Source of the DNA: Tubiluchus corallicola
Taxonomy: Eukaryota; Animalia; Priapulida
Direction of reading: 5' to 3'
Assembly (NCBI GenBank): GCA_030141605.1
Contig: JAQGDQ010001818.1
Span: 1 to 24,342 of the forward strand
Length of the DNA: 24,342 nt
Positions 11,936 to 22,633 of the stretch are shown piece after piece. The position numbers and the translations under genes are program-made. The notes beneath the pieces were generated by a model that was not told where the DNA came from, made no database searches, and worked only from the letters and a program-made list of their open reading frames with translations. Every line of letters starts with the position of its first letter. The stretch's first letter is position 1.

Positions 11936-11970
<35 letters not shown>
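11817..11970. repeat. (TA)n/(CA)n microsatellite
   Basis: Direct reading of the sequence. Confidence 0.95.
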
Positions 11971-11973
<3 letters not shown>

Positions 11974-12639
11974 TAAAGCACAACATATACATAGTAGTCC
12001 ATCCAAATATTAGTGATTACCATGATACGTTACAAATAACTCAAATTAAATATCTAAATTTTTAACTATACCCTAGTTTTCAGTTGATACATAATTAATG
12101 AAAAGTTCCTTTGTCCCTTATAATGCATCAGCGTCTTAAATTTGTGTAACTCTATACACAACTTCAATGCTTTCATGTAAATTTGAGTGAATGAAAATAC
12201 TGCAAAGTTTAGAAAAATCAATACTGGAGTATCTGCTACGAATATCTTCTGTTAAGCAGCATTCACACAAGACGTGACGTTCAGTTTGTATAGCGGGCGG
12301 GTGTATCACATACTGACATATTCTGCTTTCTATTGGCATTATTGGTTTATTCCATCGTATTTGTATTTATATCTGGATAAGAACCATCCGCTGACCCATT
12401 CATATTTTGGCCTAGATGTTGTTCATTTGTTATACAATGGCAGAATGTACTTTATACAATCCGTGGAAAATTGATTTTTGTAGCTTTTTTATGTCTTGTA
12501 TGGCATATCTAAGAGAATGTATAATGTGCGATAGCATCTTTGATCAACGAGAGATAAAGGTGTAATTCGTCTTTGTGTTTGTTTTTCGTCTGCTAGTAAT
12601 TTTGATTTGGTAGAAATAGCACTGCAGGCTGCCAATTGT

Positions 12640-12925
12640 ACTTTGTTTAGTTTTAGGGCGATTCCCAGAATGCATTGCGAGCTTGTCGTTTCGCACCGAC
12701 AAAACAGTATGATCGAGAAAATTGTGATTTTATCCATTGTTCTGCATAAGATCTTTTCTAAGTAAGAATACTTAAAGCACTCGCGTTATTCTTTGCTACC
12801 GTGCATCTTTTACGGAACTGAATATGTGTGCTTCGCAACTGAGCTGCTATGTGCGTCATCTTTGCCATAGAGCTTAAACAAAGATCACGCAATATTGTTG
12901 CTGGCTACCGCCACTATTGCTGCAT
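12640..12925 (-). pseudogene. Highly degenerate PIF1-like helicase fragment (possible Helitron relic)
   Basis: The minus strand reads AAIVAVASNNIA*SLF..G...AHS, resembling the PIF1/Helitron motif AVASSGIAATLL.GGRTAHS, followed by CTVAKNNASALSIL. Stops and frameshifts are present; matched by eye only. Confidence 0.4.
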
Positions 12926-12952
12926 TGTTTATAGTGGATGAATTAATTAATT

Positions 12953-13492
12953 TTATCTTCACAAAGACAATGTCATAATCACAGAGATGATGTTATCTTC
13001 ACAGAGATGATGTTATCTTCACAGAGATACTGTTATCTTCACAGAGATACTGTTATCTTCACAGAGATACTGTTATCTTCACAGAGATACTGTTATCTTC
13101 ACAGAGATACTGTTATCTTCACAGAGATACTGTTATCTTCACAGAGATACTGTTATCTTCACAGAGATAATGTTATCTTCACAGAGATGATGTTATCTTC
13201 ACAGAGATACTGTTATCTTCACAGAGATACTGTTATCTTCACAGAGATACTGTTATCTTCACAGAGATACTGTTATCTTCACAGAGATACTGTTATCTTC
13301 ACAGAGATAATGTTATCTTCACAGAGATGATGTTATCTTCACAGAGATACTGTTATCTTCACAGAGATGATGTTATCTTCACAGAGATACTGTTATCCTC
13401 ACAGAGATACGGTTATCTTCACAGAGATAATGTTATCTTCACAGAGATGATGTTATCTTCACAGAGATACTGTTATCTTCACAGAGATGATG
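12953..13492. repeat. 20-bp minisatellite, ~26-27 copies
   Basis: ACAGAGATACTGTTATCTTC tandem array with AC/GA/AA variants at unit positions 9-10. Confidence 0.97.
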
Positions 13493-14146
13493 ACTGACTA
13501 CTATACTATACCTGTATTACATAACTTGTAAGACTAATAAGCAAGCTAGCAAGTTTTTTTCTTTTTTCTCTTCATCTCCTAAGTAATTGTTGCTCTTTCT
13601 CATACTTACTTTTTCTCTTAAATTTTTCTATATTGCACTTTTTTGATACTTATTTTATCTCTCCATACTCTCAGTTTTTTAACTTTACTCACTAACCTTG
13701 GTCAAATTCCCTTGTTAATAAGACCCCTATTGTATGATAATTACTGATTATTACCTTAATATTATATTATTACCCTGATTATTACCCTAATAATTACTGA
13801 TTAATTGTATTGTTTTGTTTAGATTTAGTGTCTAACTTTATTATTTTTTGTTTTCACTACTTTTTTGATAATTTGTATCATTTATACTGTTTTTATTATT
13901 ATTTTTTTCATATTTGTTTTTTGCTTTTATTATCTGCAGCATCACCATTTAATTTTATTATACTAATCTATTTACAAGAAAGGGCAGGAGACTAGATGAC
14001 CCTATGGTCCGTCCCTGCCCTGCTCCACGATAATAATTACGTAATATTTACAAGAATTTTTATGTCAAACTAATTGGAGAAAATAAATGTTCTATGTTCT
14101 ATACTATGCTATACCATTTCTGCTGTTGATGCTTTGCTTTTTACAG

Positions 14147-14458
14147 CGTGGAAAGGAGGTCGTCATGACTACCGAGGATGCTGGAAATTTCCATCTTCCG
14201 TCAGTTTTGCAGAAACGATACCTGATATAAAATCATCCTATGAATGCATACATCTATGCAAACAGCACGGTATAACCATTAATACATCATTTACGTTTGC
14301 AATTCACGAATTGAAAAATCAGAGGCATTATTGTCACTGTGATGACACTGTGGGAACTGGGAATGCCATTGAAGCTGCCGAGTTTTCCTGTCGAAAGTGC
14401 CCGGATGCGGAAGGTGGTTACTGTGGCGATGAGGGTTTTGCAGTGTATGCCACAGCAG
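14147..14458 (+). CDS. Multi-WSC protein exon 3: WSC-like domain 1
   Basis: Acceptor TTTGCTTTTTACAG, donor CAG|GTGGGT, 312 nt, phase 1-1. YRGCW..ECIHLC..YCHC..C..C..YCG..AVY fits the WSC cysteine pattern. Confidence 0.9.
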
Positions 14459-14596
14459 GTGGGTTTGTTTTTAAAAATATTATTAAATATATTATTAAAA
14501 CGTGTCTATTTAAGTACTTAATTGTTCCACTAGGGGCATTTTTGTGTATACTTGTGCTAAAAAATAAATTCATGGCTCCAATTTACGTTCGTTTGC

Positions 14597-15026
14597 CGAT
14601 AAACGTACCTTACTCTTAGTGTCCAGATTGCACTTTGAGTACCTTTATGCCAAGTGTGTGCAAACTGTGGCCCGTCGAGAGTTCTTGCATGGCCCGTGGT
14701 TACATACGATAAACATACCTTACTGTTAGTGTCCAGATTGCACTTGGAGTACCTTTATGCCAAGTGTGTGCAAACTGTGGCCCGTCGAGATATCTTGCAT
14801 GGCCCGTGGTTACATACGATAAACATACCTTACTCTTAGTGTCCAGATTGCACTTTGAGTACCTTTATGGCAAGTGTGTGCAAACTACGGCCCGTCGAGA
14901 GATCTTGCATGGCCCGTGGTGACATACGATAAACATACCTTACTCTTAGTGTCCAGAATGCACTTTGAGTACATTTATGCCAAGTGTGTGCAAACTGTGG
15001 CCCATCGAGAGATCTTACGTGGCCCG
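14597..15026. repeat. 110-bp tandem repeat, ~3.9 copies, including a degenerate hAT-MITE-like 5' end
   Basis: CCTTACT(C/G)TTAGTGTCCAG at 14608, 14718, 14828 and 14938. The unit contains CAAGTGTGTGCAAACT(G/A)(T/C)GGCCCG. Confidence 0.92.
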
Positions 15027-15872
15027 CGAAGAGGTTTGTCAACCTAATGAAAGTGCGGCCCGGGCAAGGAATTGAGTCGCATGTACCAGGAAGTTCTTTC
15101 TAGCTGAGGTCCATGCCATGATCATTTTGACTTGGTTATTTATATCTATTATATTTACAAGTAGCTCGCAATTTGACCCCTTGATATCAGTGTGGTCACC
15201 CCTGATATAGGGGGAGGGGTTTCCCAGATTGTACTTTCTGTTTAGGCTAGGTAGTACATACCTCGATCAGCAGTTGTTTCATTGTTTCATCAGGTGTAGT
15301 GTTCTTATACGTCAGAATCAGAATCAGTGCTAGTGTGCATTGTAATAAGATTACAACTATCCGACATGAAGGTTGAAATCTATGGTTTTTAATATTTATA
15401 AACTTCTAGAATAGTTTTCCTCAGTGCAGTAGTAATGATGTGATGCATCGGATGCAAAAAAACAAGTTGCAAAATACAAGTGCTGTACCTCTCAGTTCAG
15501 GTGTGTCAGTTTGTGATGAACTGCACACTTTAGCACTGCACACAAACTGAGCACAGTGGTAAACTAGAAATTTGAAATTTTGTCTTAGAACCTGCCTAGT
15601 TTTAGTACAACACTCTGAATATCTTACAGTAGCACTGTTCTTCAATTTTCGCTTTCGCAAACACGTGCAACACGCTCCTGGAATATTTTTGATTCTGAAA
15701 ACTATGTGATGTAGTCATTAGTTAGGCTCGTCTGCCATTAATTAAGATTTTAATCTGTTATTTAATTATCAGACACAGTTTTGCTGTATTAATCGTGTTA
15801 AAATGTATACTTTCGATTGGACTTGAAAATCAGGCAGTATATGAAAAATGATCCTGTCTTTAACTCTTTCAG

Positions 15873-16166
15873 ATCCACAACAATATCAAGGATGTTTTGC
15901 ATATTACAAACATGGTACATACTTTCCTGTTACTGTTTCACTGCAACAAGAATCTAGCAGTCTAGATACTGAATGTTTAACTCAGTGCAGAGATAGAGGA
16001 TATTATTTTGCCAGCCTCCATTATAGTCTGCAGACTGGAGAATATACATGTCAATGTGGCAATGGATTTTCGTTTGAGAAATTTTCTACAAACTGTGTAA
16101 GCTGTACGAAGACTACAACTGGAACCTGTCCTGGCATGCATTCGGTTTCTGTTTACTCAACTGAAA
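15873..16166 (+). CDS. Multi-WSC protein exon 4: WSC-like domain 2
   Basis: Acceptor CTCTTTCAG, donor A|GTAAGT, 294 nt, phase 1-1. YQGCF..ECLTQCRDRGYYFASL..CQCGN..C..C..CPG..VSVY. Confidence 0.92.
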
Positions 16167-16277
16167 GTAAGTTGGAGCTTCTAAGCTGTTGTTTCGGCGT
16201 GGCTATGAAATGTAAACAGCATTTTTGTCTGATTAGGATAGCGATTATTTATTTATTTATTTATTTATTTGTTATTT

Positions 16278-16786
16278 TTTCTTCTTCCCAGCTTTTCCCT
16301 ATGCGGGGTCGCCGTTGTGAATGAGTTTTCTCCACGCATTCCTGTTGTTGACCATCTCTTCATTTATGTCTTCCCTTCCCACATGATCTTCACCGACTCT
16401 TCTTTTCAGGTGTCCATACCATCGCAACCTTGCGAGGCTTCCACTACTTTTACTGTTCCTCTGATATTATTATTTCTAATTTTATCTCTTCTTGTTATTC
16501 CCACCATTCATCTCAACGTCCTCATCTCCACCACACCCATTTTCTTCTCTTCGGTCGTCTTTAGAGAAGCTGCTTCCAGCCCATAGATTAGAGCGGGTCT
16601 GACCACTCTCTTTGTGGACTTTACCTTTAAGTCTCACCGACTCATTCATAGAAGGTTTTGGCATAGTTTACAGTTACAGTTACAGGCGGATGCACTTCCT
16701 GACCCTAACCCTCCCTATTTATCCGCGCTTGGGACCGCACTGAGTTGGGCTGGCTTGCTCCCCCCCCCCCCCAGTGGCTAGGTTTG
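16278..16786 (-). mobile_element. Internally deleted, non-autonomous RTE-clade non-LTR retrotransposon (509 bp)
   Basis: The minus strand encodes a disrupted RTE C-terminus (SVRLKGKVHK/VVRPALIYGLEA..EMRTLR*MVGITRRDKIRN..LRWYGH). The 3' end is CGGCGACCCC..GAAGAAGAAA and the 5' UTR is RTE-like (CAGGAAGTGCATCCG). A 13-bp direct repeat TTATTTGTTATTT lies at 16265-16277 and 16787-16799. Confidence 0.88.
16707..16786 (-). ncRNA. Twister ribozyme (type P1), degenerate copy at the 5' end of the RTE element
   Basis: Minus strand: AAA-CCUA-GCC-ACUG..CAGU-GCGGUCCCAAGCGCGGAUAAA-UAGG-GAGGG. P2 (CCUA/UAGG), P3 (ACUG/CAGU), loop UCCCAAGC, T1 (CCC/GGG), T2 (GC/GC) and the catalytic GA are present. P4 has a 1-nt deletion and a mismatch relative to the usual CCGG/CCGG. 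Confidence 0.8.
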
Positions 16787-17757
16787 TTATTTGTTATTTA
16801 TTCGGCACAAAAATATATACATTTATAACATTTATACACTAGTAAAAAGAGAACAGTAAAATTACAGCCCGAGAGTTTTGCCTACCAATGTGTACCATGG
16901 ATGACATGAAGGAAATAAATCCTCAAACAGACCACTGCCTGTCTTCCATTGTATGGTCATTTCTTCTTCTCTTTTCCTTCTTCCTGTCCCTAATCTTACT
17001 ATTTTTTCCAGTCCATCATGTCTACTAACCCTAACCATTCTTTCATTCACTCATTTGTGCCACCCTAACAAGCCAAGCTTTCAAGGTGTCATACAGCAAC
17101 TCTTTTATTTTGTTAATTTGACTTCATCAACGTTTTTTTTACCTATACTGTTTCTTTTTTTTTCAGTAATATTGTATGTTGATGTATTGTATATGTATTG
17201 CTGGAGTGAAATAAATTGATTAATTGATTGAAAGTCACGTTAATAAAACTTAGATTATCTAAGTGTGATATGCATCTGCATGCTCGTGGCTAAAACGTGT
17301 CTACTAGTTGACTGCTTTTAAGATATAAGCAAATATTTACTTTAAAACAAACTCAGTCTGTGCAAACTCTTCTCGTTAAATTAAAAAAAAACAAAATCCA
17401 TATTTATATTATAAAATATTAATTCATATATAATTTTCTACAAAACTCCATTGTGTGAGGAGCAGAATGTATGTTTTTCACTGTAGTAGTTTTTCATAAA
17501 CCCCGTGCAAAATGGAGCAAACTCTTACTGTCCTGAAGGAGTTAACATAAATAAATAATGATTACTTACTCTAAATTAGTTGAATGTACTTTATACCTGA
17601 ATTAGTAACTCTAAAACAATTTCTCACCAGTATAAACCCTGTTCATGTAATGGGCTTACATCTTAAATATTTTATGGATTTTTAGTGTTTAATAATAAAG
17701 CAGTTTTTGTTTGTTAATCGCAAGGACTGCTTAGTGGACATCTGCTTTTTACTTTAG

Positions 17758-18093
17758 ACTTTGCGGTCGAATCGGACGTATTGGGCTGCTGGGAAAATAA
17801 AGTTCGAGGACGTCATGTCTGGCTTGACATTGATACACGAGACATGCCATATGTGACTACGTTCCCTAACTTGACACCTGACACGTGCAGGGCGCATTGC
17901 TTTGAGCTTGGTTACGCTTACGCGGGTTTGGAAAATGGAACAGATTGCTACTGCGGTAACACGTACGGTCGATTTCTGCCCGCCAAGTCCCCGTGCGATA
18001 AAGAATGTGGGACGGGTGGCAAGTGTAACTTGTATGACACATCTTGCTTAACTTGTGGTGGAGATAATGCTCTGGAGGTGTATCCCACAAATG
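17758..18093 (+). CDS. Multi-WSC protein exon 5: canonical WSC domain 3
   Basis: Acceptor CTTTTTACTTTAG, donor G|GTAAGA, 336 nt, phase 1-1. LGCW..LTPDTCRAHCFELGYAYAGLENGTDCYCGN..CDKEC..CGGDNALEVY is a textbook WSC signature. Confidence 0.96.
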
Positions 18094-18734
18094 GTAAGAA
18101 TCTTGTAACTTTAGGAAGGTGCATTTAAAAGAGACACGTACACCTCTGGTCATCTCAGAGAAAGTTTTGAAACTGTTTTTTCTTATTGTCTTCCTGCATG
18201 ATCTAAATGATGTTGTTTAAAATTTATTCATCTAGCATTAATTTTCTAGAAATTTTATGCAAAGAACTAAGAAATGTATTGGTCAAATTACATTTTATTA
18301 AGACATATTATCATATCATATTAGTTATTGTTTAATGCAGCTTCTGCAGCTACTGTGTTAACGTTACAATAAATAAATAATCAGTAACCTTTCAGTAAAC
18401 AAATGCTGAATAAACATCCTGAAGCGTTTGGAAGAAAACGAGCTAAGAATGTTTGCTTGTGGGTCTTTTTCAGAGACCTTGTAACACATGCCAAAGTGCG
18501 AAACGGACACTAAACCAAACTTTATCAAACAATTAAAAACATTTCCAAAGTGTCCTGTATCTATGAACATAATCTATACACTGCCTTTGGAACAATACTT
18601 TCTCAGTAAAGGCAGTAAAGTTAGCTTCGTTAACTGTCCCAGAGGTCGCAACCCTCATATCTCGGTATCCGATATCAGAAAAATGAGGCGAAAACTGGAC
18701 CATTCAAAGTCCCGCATAATGCGAATATAGTCTG

Positions 18735-18927
18735 TTGTTTCGCGAGCTGACCGCTGGTTGGCTGGCCGTCACTTTGTTTACATCACATACATCAGTGTAA
18801 CCACGTGTATAGCTCTATGAATAAAAATATAGAATCAATTATGCTGAGTTATTAGAGTCAATTGCCGACAGTTTTTACATATCTTTGAATAGGAGCGACA
18901 GGTACTAGAAGTTTTTGAGACAATTAG
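18735..18927 (+). repeat. Interspersed repeat module homologous to 8063-8244
   Basis: GTTGGC(A/T)GGCCGTCACTTTGTTTACATCACATACATCAGTGTAACCACGTGTATA..AAAAATATAGAATCAATT is shared; the flanks differ. Confidence 0.9.
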
Positions 18928-19156
18928 ACAACTGATTCTAGATTACCGTGAGTCTAATACACGGCACTTACTGTATTAGCTTAGTATTGGTAAATACAGA
19001 TAATTGGCAAATTCGGACCAACGTCTCTCCGCTTTTGTCCAGCAGACCGAGATATGAGTGCATACATTTTACATTTTCTGTATTTTCTTGGCAAATGAAG
19101 CAAAGTGCTTTGACATTGGTACAGATGAACTAAAACTTTGGGTAATTTTGTTTTGT

Positions 19157-19563
19157 TTAAGTTAGCAGAAATTCTAGGTAGAACTGCAGCACTAGTAGGC
19201 TTTGCTGTTTTTTGCTGCTTTCTTTAGGGACCTCACGCCATTGGCAAGTCGGACATCTTGCATTGAGAAAGTTACTCACGCCCCACGAATAGTGAGGAAA
19301 GGCTGCATCTTGTTGAAAAACTGCAATGTTAATAGTGAGCGCATAGTGTCGTCCATTTGATGCTCTGAACCTCATGTCACTCTGATTTTAAACCTCGTTT
19401 CTAACGTTACTGTCGTTGCCATAGCAACGGGTTTTCATTCAAGAAATAAATAAAACGTATTGTTAAACGCCCCTTTGATTCTTGTAAGAGTTTCCTGAGA
19501 CTGGAGAAAATTTAAAAAGAAAATTAGAAATCAAAGTGTATAGTAACTTTTTGAGGCACGCTG
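19157..19563 (-). mobile_element. Tc1/mariner-superfamily deletion derivative with a transposase remnant
   Basis: Minus-strand FQQDAAFPHYSWGVSNFLNAR resembles FQQDGAPPH..V..FLN around the second catalytic Asp. The terminus is TA|CAGCGTGCCTCAAAAAG at 19563. The other end was not found. Confidence 0.7.
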
Positions 19564-20513
19564 TATTATACACATACACATATACATAACCCATCTGCAT
19601 ATTGCTGCGTGATGCGTATTCGGATGACGGTGATCACGTTCGAATGAATACAAATCACCCGTCACGCATTATGGCACTTCTACATGTTTAAAGGAAGAGT
19701 CAAGTCTCTCGAGAAGTTGAGCTTATTTAAATATTTGGAAAAAATGTTAGAAAATTTAAACAATAAAATTGTGATAAGCATCTATCGCGTAATTAGCAAA
19801 ATCAATTTAAAGTTGTCGTCATTTCACTCTTGGGGGCGCTCATTTTAGACGAAAAATGGCGTCAACCGGTTTCCGTGCAATATAAACACTCATCCCGCCA
19901 GGTGCTTCAGAATCTTTTTTTAACTTGTAGAGTGAATTCTATAAACTAAGTAACCAGCCCGGCACCTACTACGTGCTGGCAATTTTACATGCGTATCTAA
20001 AAGTCAACAAAAATCTGTATTTTAATTATTTACACCATTAATGTTAATTACTAACACATTTTAAGGTGTAATCCTGTAGATTAAAGCAAAGTAACCACTT
20101 TAAATTTGATCATAATTGACCGAATGACTAATTTCTAGAAAAACACAGTTAAATACAACATTAGAATAGCGTAACTTCTAAGCAAACTGTAGAAATTTCT
20201 CAACTCGTACGTTCATCACAGCTTGACTTTACGACATTCACCCTGCCTAGCATACACCAGCTTACGTCATTTTTTTTACATATGCCGGCATCAATGTTCG
20301 TTTGGTGGTAGATAAGAAATATTTAAATTTCTTTGCCATTTTTATGCAAAGCGTTCTATACGCATATTTTGTATTGTGATTTCAATATTTTTAATTGTAC
20401 ATTAAAATGCAATAAATGTTGTTCCAGAGTTTTTTCTTCGTTTAGATACAAACTGATGTATACGCATTACGAATCACGCATCATGCAAACGTAGAGTCAT
20501 ACCTTTATTGTAA

Positions 20514-21245
20514 ATTGTCACTGTTATTGTCATTGTTACTGTCAGTGTCATTGTTACTGTCAGTGTCATTGTCACTGATATTGTCATTGTTACTGTCATT
20601 GTCATTGTTACTGTTATTGTCACTGTTATTGTCATTGTTACTGTCATTGTCATTGTTATTGTTATTGTCACTGTTATTGTCATTGTTACTGTCAGTGTCA
20701 TTGTTACTGTCATTGTCATTGTCACTGATATTGTCATTGTTACTGTCATTGTCATTGTCACTGATATTGTCACTGTTATTGTCATTGTTACTGTTATTGT
20801 CACTGTTATTGTCATTGTCATTGTTACTGTTATTGTCACTGTTATTGTCATTGTTACTGTCAGTGTCATTGTCACTGATATTGTCACTGTTATTGTCATT
20901 GTTACTGTTATTGTCACTGTTATAGTCATTGTCATTGTTACTGTTATTGTCACTGTTATTGTCATTGTTACTGTTATTGTCACTGTCATTGTTACTGTTA
21001 TTGTCACTGTTATTGTCATTGTTACTGTCAGTGTCATTGTTACTGTCATTGTCATTGTCACTGATATTGTCATTGTTACTGTCATTGTCATTGTCACTGA
21101 TATTGTCATTGTTACTGTCAGTGTCATTGTTACTGTCATTGTCATTTTCACTGATATTGTCATTGTCACTGTCATTGTCATTGTTACTGTTATTGTCACT
21201 GTTATTGTCATTGTCACTGTCACTGTCATTGTCACTGTCATTGTT
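20514..21245. repeat. Degenerate 6-bp microsatellite (TTGTCA/CTGTTA/CTGTCA/TTGTTA), ~730 bp
   Basis: Strict 6-nt periodicity. It is the source of the MTVT- and SL-rich ORFs. Confidence 0.96.
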
Positions 21246-21275
21246 GCTAACTGTTAATTCTTTACTTTTTCCAAG

Positions 21276-21416
21276 CGTACCTTCCGGGACACGTACTTTG
21301 GGACGGTGCGTTCAATGCCGGTTGCTTCTACTTCAATCAAAGTTTTGCGAATTATACCCTTCTGAAACTGGCATCGATGTCCCCCGTCATGTGCATCCAT
21401 TACTGCTACGAGTTAG
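21276..21416 (+). CDS. Multi-WSC protein exon 6: N-terminal half of WSC domain 4 (AYLPGHVLWDGAFNAGCFYFNQSFANYTLLKLASMSPVMCIHYCYEL)
   Basis: Branch-like CTAAC at 21247, acceptor TTTACTTTTTCCAAG, donor AG|GTAGGT, 141 nt, phase 1-1. GCF and MS..C...C motifs are present. This frame is absent from the ORF track. Confidence 0.85.
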
Positions 21417-21533
21417 GTAGGTATGATGTAAATTTGAACGTTCTTTTCAGTTCGTATCAGTGTTAAGTTAAAATCGTAAATGTTGAACAGTGTTGAGAAG
21501 CACGATCATCGTTTCCGAAAATTTGAATATAAT

Positions 21534-21958
21534 TACAGTAAGTCCTCACTTAACGACGCCCCGTTTAACGACGTTTCGTTTTAACGACGCTGAACATACA
21601 GTAAGTCCTCACTTAACGACTCCCCGTTTAACGACGTTTTGTTTTAACGACGCTGAACATACAGTAAGTCCTCACTTAATGACTCCCCATTTAATGACGT
21701 TTCATTTTAACGACTCTGATCATACAGCAAGTCCTCACTTAATGACTCCCCGTTTAAAGACGTTTCATTTTAACGACGCTGAACATACGGTAAGTCTTCA
21801 CTTAACGACTCCCCGTTTAACGATGCTGAACATACAGTTAGTCTTCACTTAACGACTCCCCGTTTAACGACGTTTTGTTTTAACGACGCTGAACATACAG
21901 TAAGTCCCCACTTAATGACTCCCCGTTTAGCGACGTTTCGTTTTAACGACGCTGAACA
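21534..21958. repeat. 63-bp tandem array (7 copies, one shortened to 47 bp) of a pogo/Tigger-like transposon end
   Basis: Each unit begins with TA|CAGTAAGTCCTCACTTAACGAC or a close variant (starts 21534, 21597, 21660, 21723, 21786, 21833, 21896). The last copy runs on into element body shared with the copy at 22892. Confidence 0.9.
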
Positions 21959-22209
21959 GTTGACACCGTTTTTTCGCTTAACGACGCACGTTTCATTTTA
22001 ATGACGATTTTTTACTTTGCTCACAGCCATCTTTGATTTAAGCAACAACTTTTTAATGTAATTTGAACCATTAAAACAGTGCATATTGTGTTCGTCTGTT
22101 TTAAAAATACACTAGTAATGTAAAACAGTACCATTATTATATATTATAATGAAGCCAGATGGCGCTGATATTATGTGTGGTTCATGTGAATGTGCAGAAA
22201 CAGCAAAAA

Positions 22210-22305
22210 TTTGATTATAAACTGCCAAGTTACTCTTCTTACACCCTCCGTGCCAGTGGAACAGGTGCTGAGCTGATAAAAAAGCGCCACCTACTAGAGC
22301 CATTA
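22210..22305 (+). pseudogene. Possible degenerate hAT transposase C-terminal (dimerisation domain) fragment
   Basis: PSVPVEQVLS* followed by KKRHLLEP resembles ATSVPVERVFS...K.R..L.P. Frameshifted and short. Confidence 0.3.
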
Positions 22306-22633
22306 CATTCCATCGTACTTATGGAAGCCAGTACACAATGGCTTCGTAACGGACAGAACCCTTACATTGCAGGGGTGGGGTTGAAGACAAAGAGCATTTG
22401 GTTACAGTATGTTTTTGCTTCCTGACGTATCACTAAACCCTAGCCGTTTGTAACATTGAGAACTATTTGCATTCTGTTTGAACCTGAATGCAAACTTTTT
22501 GCAATGGGATTCTGCCTGCAACCGTTGCTATACTAACCATACAAAGTATCTAAGGTCGCCCCATGGCTTGGCTGTTAGTTGAGATGTTAACTAGAGATCT
22601 GATTAGCATAGTCTTATTTACGTTACTTTACAG

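Noticed and set aside
13978-14025. Stem-loop AGGGCAGG..CCTGCCCT after a long T-rich tract
   Set aside because: Most likely a LINE 3' UTR remnant; no coding part or tail is visible to classify it.
19688-20230. Kolobok-like element starting TTAA|AGGAAGAGTCAAG
   Set aside because: Only a partial inverted match (CTTGACT) and no second TTAA-flanked end.
20474-21241. 255-aa MTVT-rich ORF and overlapping SL-rich ORFs (antifreeze-like periodicity)
   Set aside because: Translation of a 6-bp microsatellite inside an intron; open on both strands simply because the unit lacks stops.
21534-21958. CRISPR-like regular array
   Set aside because: No unique spacers, no cas genes and a eukaryotic context; the units are plain tandem copies. 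The same applies to the 11131, 12953 and 14597 arrays.
22152-22298. Two opposed CTCF-like motifs (GCCAGATGGCGC; GCGCCACCTACTAG)
   Set aside because: Partial matches within probable TE debris; chance occurrence cannot be excluded.
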